Source: Candidatus Gastranaerophilales bacterium (GTDB lineage: Bacteria > Cyanobacteriota > Vampirovibrionia > Gastranaerophilales > Gastranaerophilaceae). From it: DNA of 64,000 nt. The stretch's first letter is position 1. Every line of letters starts with the position of its first letter. The translations under genes were made by a program, and so were the position numbers. The notes beneath the pieces were generated by a model. That model did no database searches, was not told the origin of the DNA, and saw only the letters and a program-made list of their open reading frames with translations. The DNA lies in NCBI GenBank assembly GCA_016280955.1, contig JAEEHV010000038.1:2020-66019 (forward strand), read 5' to 3'. Positions 9,419 through 16,996 of this stretch are shown one piece after another.

Positions 9419-10057
9419 TTAGAAAAGTTCTCCATACCTTAAAAGTTTATGAAGTTGAGTTTTCGGCAGATACATCATACCTATCTGAGCCGGTATATCG
9501 GGCATATTGTTTTTAAGACACTCCTCCATTACTTCATTACACTTAGGATCGGTAAACCTGAATCCCAGTTTGTAAAAGAACAGAGCCGGCGATGATTCAC
9601 GCATAATCGGCGCAGAAAAGGTCACAATTCGCCCATCGGCTCGGGAATCAAACATTGCCTTCTCGGCTAGCTGTTTAATAGCTGTACTTCCCAGTCCGCA
9701 GTGCGGTTTGGGAGATTGTATATAGTCAATAATATAACAATTTTTCAAATATTTAGTCTTACGTTTTATCGCAGGAGAAGAAATTATTTGTTGCGATATA
9801 AACAAATTATGACCGGATGGCGGAGAACTGCTTTTTATTTCTTCCTCTACCGTATCAACATAATCTTCATCAATTTCACCGGGTACAATAATATTATCCG
9901 CTCGCTTGATTTTCTTTACACGAATATTTGCTTTCTGATTTAGTACCGGAGTCTTAAATCCCAGAATGGCCGGCATGCTAAGGCTTGTAACCGAAGGGGT
10001 TGCTTTAGCCACCGACATCCGCGGACGCATGTCCGTAGTTGTGATGTTGTTAATCAT
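9419..10057 (-). CDS. GNAT-fold acetyltransferase-like protein
   Basis: PHCGLGSTAIKQL resembles the acetyl-CoA motif A; FFYKLGF resembles motif B. Confidence 0.55.
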   Translation of the reverse strand: MINNITTTDMRPRMSVAKATPSVTSLSMPAILGFKTPVLNQKANIRVKKIKRADNIIVPGEIDEDYVDTVEEEIKSSSPPSGHNLFISQQIISSPAIKRKTKYLKNCYIIDYIQSPKPHCGLGSTAIKQLAEKAMFDSRADGRIVTFSAPIMRESSPALFFYKLGFRFTDPKCNEVMEECLKNNMPDIPAQIGMMYLPKTQLHKLLRYGELF

Positions 10058-10149
10058 ACCTACCTAACCTATATTTATTCTAACCTTATCTATATAAAGT
10101 AAATTTTTTCCAAAAAATTGCTGTTTTATCCTATTTTCTAAGGTAAATG

Positions 10150-10177
10150 TTTACAATTCTTTACAAGTTGTTACACT
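10150..10177 (+). promoter_or_regulatory. triple HLR1-like direct repeat
   Basis: TTTACAAT-TC-TTTACAAG-TT-GTTACACT at 10-bp period between the divergent GNAT-like gene and polA. Confidence 0.6.
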
Positions 10178-10247
10178 ATCGATTGTATTGATTTGGTATA
10201 ATCAGAATTAGAATACAGACTGCTTTTTTAAGATTAGGAGTGCGTTT

Positions 10248-12926
10248 ATGTCAGAAAAAAAGACTTTGATATTAATTGATGGTCATGCTTTAGCTTTCAG
10301 GCAATTTTTCGCTCTTGAACGTACGGGAATGAAAAATTCGGAGAATTTGCCTACCTGGGCTGTTTACGGATTTTTTAAAGCTATTTTTGACTTACTTGCA
10401 AAAATTCAGCCTGATTTTATAGCAGTTGCTTTTGATGTCGGCAGACAAACCTTCAGGGTTGAAAAATATGAAGAATATAAGGCTCAAAGAGAAGCAATGC
10501 CTGACAGTTTGAGAACACAGATAGGATTAATCTGTGAAGGACTGAATGCTTTTGACATTCCTATTTATACAAAAGAAGGTTTTGAGGCTGATGATGTTAT
10601 CGGCACAATATCAAGAATTGCATCGGAAAACGGGCATAATACACTCATACTGACAGGAGATCAGGATAGTTTTCAGCTTATAGACAGAGATGGAACAGTA
10701 AAAGTATTAATTCCGCACAAAGGGGAACTGATTGAGTATGACTGGAATAAAGTTTACGAAAAATTAGGTGTTTATCCGAATCAGATTACTGATTATAAAG
10801 GGCTTAGGGGAGATACTTCAGATAACATCCCGGGTGTTAAAGGAATTGGAGAAAAAACGGCACAAAAATTATTGAACCGTTATCCTAATTTGGAAGCTGT
10901 TTTAGAAGATTGTCAAAATATTCCGGAAAATGCCGTTAGACAAAAAATATGTGAAGGAAAAGAGATTGCCGTTTTGTCAAAGGATTTGGCAACAATAGTT
11001 CGGGATGTAGAAATTGATTTTGATATAAAAACCGCAAAGGTTACACTACCCAGTTTAGATAAAGTTTCTGAATTTCTCCGTCAAATGCAGTTTTATACTT
11101 TTATAAAAAATATTGATAAAATCTTAGGCTCATTTAACGGTGAAAAAGTCGAGCCCGAAAATTTAAGCATATTTGCTTCTCAGCCGAAAAATAATTCTTT
11201 TGAACCTGTGCAGCAGGGATTATTCAGTCAGGCTATAAAGGAAAATATAGATGATTCCGACTTTGAATATGAAATAGTATCGGATAAATCCGTAATAAAT
11301 AATTTAAAGAATGAAAAACAACTGGCTGTAAGATATTATGTGAAAGACGGTAAAATCGATGCGATATCCGTTTCAAACGGTAAAAAGTCATATTATTTCA
11401 GCGAAGAATATATAAATGATCTGAAAGATATTATTGAATCACCTGATATTAAAAAATTCGGCTATGATATGAAATCGGATTATCATGTTCTTTTAAATAA
11501 CGGTTTAAAACCGGAAGGTTTTGATTATGATGTTCTTTTGGCAAGTTACGTCAAAGATCCGAACAGAAAACACACACTGGATGCACAGGCTTTGGACTTT
11601 TTAAATCATATTATGTGCCAACCGTTTGAACAGGAAAAATATGCCTGTGACGAAGTTTACACAATATACAAGCTGTATGAATACTGGCAAACTAATCTGG
11701 ATGAAGAAGAACAAAAACTTGTTAAAAATATTGAGATGCCGCTAACACTTGTACTTGGGAAGATGGAGCATACAGGGGTAGCAATAGATGTTGATTATTT
11801 GAAGGAACTTTCCGATTACATGACGGAAAAACTTGCAGAGCTTGAGGATTTGATTTTCCAGCTTGCAGGCGAAAGTTTTAACATAAATTCTCCAAAGCAG
11901 GTTGCAGAAGTTCTTTTCGATAAACTGGAATTAAAAACAAAGAAGAAAAAATCCCGTTCTACAAGTGCGGAAGTTTTGGAGGAGCTGGCTCAGGAATATG
12001 AAATTTGCCAGTACATTTTAGAACACAGGAAATTTTCAAAATTAAAATCAACATATACGGATGTTCTTCCGACATTAATCAGCAAACGAGATAATAGAAT
12101 ACATACAACATATAATCAGGCACTGACTGTGACGGGCAGATTATCTTCTTCAAACCCTAACTTACAAAATATACCGATAAGAACCGAAGAAGGGAACAAA
12201 ATACGTTCGGCATTTTGTGCAGAAGATAAAGAAAACTGGCTGATTTTGAGTGCTGATTATTCTCAGATTGAACTCCGCTTATTGGCGCATGTTTCCGGTG
12301 ATGAACATCTGATACACGCATTTACGACAGGTGAAGATATACATACAATGACTGCTGCAAAAGTTTTTGGTGTCGGATTGGATGAAGTTACAAAGGAAAT
12401 GCGCAGAAGAGCGAAGGCTGTTAATTTTGGTATTGTTTACGGTCAGTCAAAATATGGTTTGGCAAAAAGTATAGGAATTACAAATGATGAGGCTCAGGAA
12501 TTTATAGATAAATATTTTGCGACTTATCCCGGAGTCCGTGACTATATGATTAATGAAATAGAGTATGTAAACACTCATGGATACGTAGAAACCATATTTG
12601 GCAGAAAACGATATTTGTCGACCGAGCTTTCAAGTCCGAATTATCAAATAAGAGAGTTTGCACAACGAGCCGCAATAAATCAGCCATTACAGGGAACTGC
12701 TGCCGATTTGATGAAAATGGCTATGATAGAAACGGATAAACTGCTTTCTGAAGGTAATTTTAAAACCAAAATGATTATGCAGGTTCATGACGAACTTATA
12801 TTTGAAGTTCCGAAAGAAGAGCTGGAAGATATAAAATCCCTTGTGCTAAAGGCAATGGAACTAGGACAACCTCTGAAGGTTCCGCTTGATGTTGATATAA
12901 ATTACGGGATATCCTGGAAAGAATAA
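10248..12926 (+). CDS. polA: DNA polymerase I
   Basis: 5'-3' exonuclease (LIDGH, EADDVIG, GDTSDNIPGVKGIG) plus family A polymerase motifs (DYSQIELR, RRAKAVNFG, QVHDEL). Confidence 0.98.
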   Translation: MSEKKTLILIDGHALAFRQFFALERTGMKNSENLPTWAVYGFFKAIFDLLAKIQPDFIAVAFDVGRQTFRVEKYEEYKAQREAMPDSLRTQIGLICEGLNAFDIPIYTKEGFEADDVIGTISRIASENGHNTLILTGDQDSFQLIDRDGTVKVLIPHKGELIEYDWNKVYEKLGVYPNQITDYKGLRGDTSDNIPGVKGIGEKTAQKLLNRYPNLEAVLEDCQNIPENAVRQKICEGKEIAVLSKDLATIVRDVEIDFDIKTAKVTLPSLDKVSEFLRQMQFYTFIKNIDKILGSFNGEKVEPENLSIFASQPKNNSFEPVQQGLFSQAIKENIDDSDFEYEIVSDKSVINNLKNEKQLAVRYYVKDGKIDAISVSNGKKSYYFSEEYINDLKDIIESPDIKKFGYDMKSDYHVLLNNGLKPEGFDYDVLLASYVKDPNRKHTLDAQALDFLNHIMCQPFEQEKYACDEVYTIYKLYEYWQTNLDEEEQKLVKNIEMPLTLVLGKMEHTGVAIDVDYLKELSDYMTEKLAELEDLIFQLAGESFNINSPKQVAEVLFDKLELKTKKKKSRSTSAEVLEELAQEYEICQYILEHRKFSKLKSTYTDVLPTLISKRDNRIHTTYNQALTVTGRLSSSNPNLQNIPIRTEEGNKIRSAFCAEDKENWLILSADYSQIELRLLAHVSGDEHLIHAFTTGEDIHTMTAAKVFGVGLDEVTKEMRRRAKAVNFGIVYGQSKYGLAKSIGITNDEAQEFIDKYFATYPGVRDYMINEIEYVNTHGYVETIFGRKRYLSTELSSPNYQIREFAQRAAINQPLQGTAADLMKMAMIETDKLLSEGNFKTKMIMQVHDELIFEVPKEELEDIKSLVLKAMELGQPLKVPLDVDINYGISWKE

Positions 12927-12953
12927 AAACTTTATACGAGTGTGATTTTGTTT

Positions 12954-13060
12954 CCTGCCGTAAAAGCAGGTGGGTGAGTGCCTGATTACCTCCGTTTCCC
13001 GCTGGCGATTTTTTATCGGCGGGTATACTTCATAATAACCGAGAGCTTACTCTCCCTTTT
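12954..13060 (-). ncRNA. candidate structured non-coding RNA, family unknown
   Basis: GC-rich island in AT-rich intergenic DNA with nested stems gggagagt/actcaccc, attat/gtaat, cccgc/gcggg, cgat/atcg and a cctgc/gcagg hairpin; strand inferred. Confidence 0.45.
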
Positions 13061-13243
13061 AAAAATAATGTAGGAACAAAATAAACACCCGTATAAAGTA
13101 TTAATATTATTGCATATTTTTTTGTGATTGACAACTGCTCTTTCGGCTAAAACTTATTAAGATAAAAACCCCTAAAAAGTGATTACAGGCTGAATATAAT
13201 TAAATTTTTATCATATAAAAGTATGATTTGTATGATTATCAGT

Positions 13244-13271
13244 TAAAGTCGCTGTAATATTCTGCCGTTTT
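13244..13271 (+). promoter_or_regulatory. possible sigma28-like promoter
   Basis: TAAA-N16-GCCGTTTT; spacing and the 3' half of the -10 deviate from consensus. Confidence 0.35.
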
Positions 13272-13328
13272 ACATGTTGACTTTGTCAAAAAAAAAATTA
13301 AAACATGTAAAAAATAGGAGAGTTCGCT

Positions 13329-15197
13329 ATGGGAATGGCAGCATCACAAGCAAGATATTTGGCACTTACTGCAAGAAAAACAAACACCGAATGGGAAGGT
13401 CAGCAGATAAATCAGGCAAGAACTGCTCTTGCAAATCAGAGTGCAAATCTTTTTAATCGTCTTTTGGGGCTTGAAGTTCCGAATGCTCCCAAAACGACCG
13501 ATTATACCGAGCTGCAGTATTCATATTCTGATGGCGAAAATGAATCAGTAATTGAAAAATGGGAACAACTTAGCAATAAGAACCCTGATTATAACTATAG
13601 TGTTAAGCACTATTATATGGCTGATATTTTTACCGGCGCAAAAAAATTGTTGCAAGATCCGCAGATTCAAATGGGCAACGTTCTTAAAGAACTTAATTAT
13701 GATCCAAAAAATTCAACAATAAGTCTTGATGCAAACGGAAATATTACTGTTACTTATAAAATTGAAAATGTAGAGCAAGAGCAGCAGTACACAAAAATAA
13801 CCGATGAACAAGTTGAAAGAGATAATAACTTAAAAACTGCTTTAACAAATTTTGAAACCGCAAAAAACATGGCAAAGTCAGAAGGTACCTTAACAACTGA
13901 TGCAATATACGGTTATCAGGATGCAAGCGGAACTTGGCATTTTTATGTTGCCAATGAATATTCAAAAATCAATGCTTCGCAGGTTGAACAAGATGCAGCT
14001 CTTGAAAAAGCTCTGAAGGAATTTGAAGAAAAGTATAACTTATTAAATGACGATGGAAGTGTTACCATTGAAAACATATTTGGTTCTGTCAATTCCGGCG
14101 GGGAATGGGATTTTACTATTGACGGCAGCCATGCAATAACTCAACAGGAAGTTGATGAAGATGCTGAACTTAAAGCCGCATTGACTACTTTTGAAACAAA
14201 TAATTATATGATTAATGATGACGGCACATTAAATCTCAGTAATATTCATGGATACAAATACGGAGATGAATGGCGGTTCTATTTGGACAAAGATTCTTCT
14301 GCAATTACAGCTGAAAAGGCAGATGCCGATGCTGAATTAAAAGCTGCATTAAGAACTTTTGAAGAAGCAAAAGGAATAATTCCTGCCGGTGGAGATTTGG
14401 TATATGACGATATCAGAGGATATAAAACCGGAAGCAAATGGAATTTCTTTATGGAAAATTCTTCAACTATAAATAATGTTAATATTGCAAAATCTCCGGA
14501 TGATACTGACTATTCCGTAGTTTACGGGCCTGCTTTTGTAGGAAATTCAAAACTTACCGAGTTAAATAAACTCGTTGTTGACAGCGACAGAGATCAGGTT
14601 GCCGATATTGCACAAATTCTGAGAGATTGTCCGGATTCAGCTGTTAGTAAATATGCAAGTTTTGATGATATGGGCAATCTTGTTTACAGCGGCAGCGGTA
14701 TTTATACTTTTGATTTATACGGAAAATCTTATTATACAACATACGAAGATTTAATTAACAGTGTAAATTCAACGTATGACGGCAACAAACCTATTGATAC
14801 ACAAAAAACACGTATGCCTTATTACACTGCATCATATATCCCGACAAAAGTTGAAGAAACAAACTATGCTCTTCTTGAAACTGACGGTCAGGGCAGATTC
14901 AAATCCGTAAAATTTGATAATGACAGTGTTGTTTACAATTTAAATGTTGAAACTGTTACGAATGAAGCTGCATATCAGGATGCAATGAATGAATATTTAT
15001 ACAAAAAAGAACAGTATGAAAAAACAATTGCAGATATTAACGCAAAAACCTCTATAATCCAGCAGGAGGACAGAACACTCGAATTGCGTCTTAAACAGCT
15101 TGATACAGAACAAAATGCACTAGCAACAGAAATGGATGCTGTTAAGAAAGTTATCAAAGACAACGTTGAAAAGACCTTCAAGACATTCTCAGATTAG
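13329..15197 (+). CDS. hypothetical protein with helical N- and C-termini and a repetitive acidic centre (MGMAASQAR family)
   Basis: 622 aa; AGGAG RBS; coiled-coil termini; no signal peptide. Confidence 0.85.
   Translation: MGMAASQARYLALTARKTNTEWEGQQINQARTALANQSANLFNRLLGLEVPNAPKTTDYTELQYSYSDGENESVIEKWEQLSNKNPDYNYSVKHYYMADIFTGAKKLLQDPQIQMGNVLKELNYDPKNSTISLDANGNITVTYKIENVEQEQQYTKITDEQVERDNNLKTALTNFETAKNMAKSEGTLTTDAIYGYQDASGTWHFYVANEYSKINASQVEQDAALEKALKEFEEKYNLLNDDGSVTIENIFGSVNSGGEWDFTIDGSHAITQQEVDEDAELKAALTTFETNNYMINDDGTLNLSNIHGYKYGDEWRFYLDKDSSAITAEKADADAELKAALRTFEEAKGIIPAGGDLVYDDIRGYKTGSKWNFFMENSSTINNVNIAKSPDDTDYSVVYGPAFVGNSKLTELNKLVVDSDRDQVADIAQILRDCPDSAVSKYASFDDMGNLVYSGSGIYTFDLYGKSYYTTYEDLINSVNSTYDGNKPIDTQKTRMPYYTASYIPTKVEETNYALLETDGQGRFKSVKFDNDSVVYNLNVETVTNEAAYQDAMNEYLYKKEQYEKTIADINAKTSIIQQEDRTLELRLKQLDTEQNALATEMDAVKKVIKDNVEKTFKTFSD
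13788..14451 (+). repeat. four tandem 56-57-aa protein repeats
   Basis: Units start at ITDEQV (13797), INASQV (13968), ITQQEV (14136) and ITAEKA (14304); pattern D..L..AL..FE....G.L....I.G....W.F. Confidence 0.85.
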
Positions 15198-15244
15198 TAT
15201 TCTGTTTGATAAAATTTTTATACTTGTATTCAGAGAGAGCTGCA

Positions 15245-16996
15245 TTAAACTTTTTGTTTAAATGCGTGTCCTTTTCTGTCTTGTTCAATGTTTGGAGTAT
15301 CTATTTCAAATACATAAGCATCACAAGGAGCAAGGTTTACTCTCAGCTCACCGTCAACAACCTGAAATTCACTCTTTTCACCATATTCAGGAACCATATT
15401 TTCAAGCTTCTGAGTTTTCTTTAATCCGGGAATTTCAATAATACCTGTTACATTTCTGTTTGGATTTTTATTTGCGACAACAAGTACCGTTCTTCCGTTG
15501 TTGTGTCTTGCAAAAGTTATAATCTGGTCATTCTTGTCATCACGTTTATCAAGTTCAATAAAACTGGAGTTTCTGTCGGCAAAAATATCTGTGTTTTTAG
15601 CCCTCATATTCAGGCAGCCTTTCATAATTCTTTCAATATCGGGTGAATTTCCTCCCGGTTTTCTGGAAAGATTAAATATGGCAAGTCTGAATCTGTGTTC
15701 TTCCATGTTTGTTTTATCGGTAAATGTTTCTTCGTTTGTAGTATTTCTGTACTTGTAATCATAATAATCACCGGACTGGAAACCGTCTACAAAGTACGGA
15801 TTACACATCGGTATTGTTGACTGCAGAACCGTTGTCATTTTACAGAAATTCTCACCGCCGTGAATCATTGAAGAACTGTCATCGTGTGTCAGGAAAGAAC
15901 CGATAAGACTTTTTCCTGCCGGTAATCTGTGTGACATATCAAGATTCATTTTAATATAGTTATTAAATTCTTCTGCATTTCTCCAGTCATGGAATATATG
16001 ATACTGACCGTAATAATCATCGAAACCTGCTCTTAACAAATCTTCCGGTCTGTCATAAGGCATATTTACCTGAGGAGAAGCACATTCATAAGTATAACTT
16101 TCTGCAAGCCATCCGAATTCAGGATCTTTGGTATGAGAATATGTAATTAGCTTATCCCAAAATTCTGTCGGTTTCGCACGTGCAACGTCAGCTCTTATTC
16201 CGTCAAGTCCGAGTTCTATGCAAGCATCTACGTATTGTTTGTGCATTTCATATAATGCAGGATTTAAAATTCTTTGAGTTTCATCTGCCCATGGCTCAAA
16301 CATTCTTATGTCAGCCCAGCCCTGCGGAGTTTTATCTTCGCCATTTCTTCCGAATGCCATTAACTCAGGTTCTGCTTCAAATAAATCTACCGAAGCACAA
16401 CTCGGTAAATCAAGCATTACTTTTATGTTACGTTTGTGGCATTCATCAATAAATGCTTTGAACTGTTCATTAGGAGTTCTCGGATCATCTTTTTCTATAA
16501 GCATCGGATCTATAGCTAAATCACCGTTGTCTTCAACAAATTTTAAAGGAGAGTATAGCGAACCTGCTGTTCCCATTGCATTTTTGTGTCCCGGCGGATG
16601 AATAGGAAGAATATGAATTGTATTAATGCCGTCTTCTTTTAATTCATCAAGCCTTGAAATTGCTCTTAAAAATGTTCCGACTTTTTCGCCTTTGCTTATG
16701 GTAACTTTATCATCACCGTTAACATCTTCTGCGGTAAAAGTTCTTGGTACCATTGCCAGCATAACCGATTCATTGTTTTGAATCATTGAACGCAGATTAT
16801 TTTTATAAGTTATGTTTTGTGTTTTTCCGGGGTTAACTTTTTTTACGGCAGGAGCATTAATCATTGCCAAGTTATCAAGATATTTTTGTGAAACTTTATT
16901 ATCCTGATTTTGGTTTTCTTTAATCGGAGCTGTTTGGTAGTTGTTACTTTCAGCACCTTTGAAAATAATTGAATTAATGCTAGATACTTTTATCAT
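15245..16996 (-). CDS. GH13 alpha-amylase family glycoside hydrolase
   Basis: Catalytic regions DGIRADVA, WLAESY and FLTHDD; C-terminal beta-sandwich. Confidence 0.88.
   Translation of the reverse strand: MIKVSSINSIIFKGAESNNYQTAPIKENQNQDNKVSQKYLDNLAMINAPAVKKVNPGKTQNITYKNNLRSMIQNNESVMLAMVPRTFTAEDVNGDDKVTISKGEKVGTFLRAISRLDELKEDGINTIHILPIHPPGHKNAMGTAGSLYSPLKFVEDNGDLAIDPMLIEKDDPRTPNEQFKAFIDECHKRNIKVMLDLPSCASVDLFEAEPELMAFGRNGEDKTPQGWADIRMFEPWADETQRILNPALYEMHKQYVDACIELGLDGIRADVARAKPTEFWDKLITYSHTKDPEFGWLAESYTYECASPQVNMPYDRPEDLLRAGFDDYYGQYHIFHDWRNAEEFNNYIKMNLDMSHRLPAGKSLIGSFLTHDDSSSMIHGGENFCKMTTVLQSTIPMCNPYFVDGFQSGDYYDYKYRNTTNEETFTDKTNMEEHRFRLAIFNLSRKPGGNSPDIERIMKGCLNMRAKNTDIFADRNSSFIELDKRDDKNDQIITFARHNNGRTVLVVANKNPNRNVTGIIEIPGLKKTQKLENMVPEYGEKSEFQVVDGELRVNLAPCDAYVFEIDTPNIEQDRKGHAFKQKV

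Noticed and set aside
13014-13021. GCCGATAA on the minus strand inside the structured element
   Set aside because: No matching -35 and no downstream gene; it is part of a stem.
12971-13056. tRNA-like ends (GGGAGAG...CTCACCC-A-CC) in the structured element
   Set aside because: No TTCGA T-loop and no anticodon arm; one acceptor pair is mismatched.
12954-13060. Assignment as c-di-GMP-II riboswitch, 6S, SRP or Yfr2 RNA
   Set aside because: Only partial resemblance: pseudoknot, SRP helix-8 and length criteria are not met, and no gene follows on that strand.
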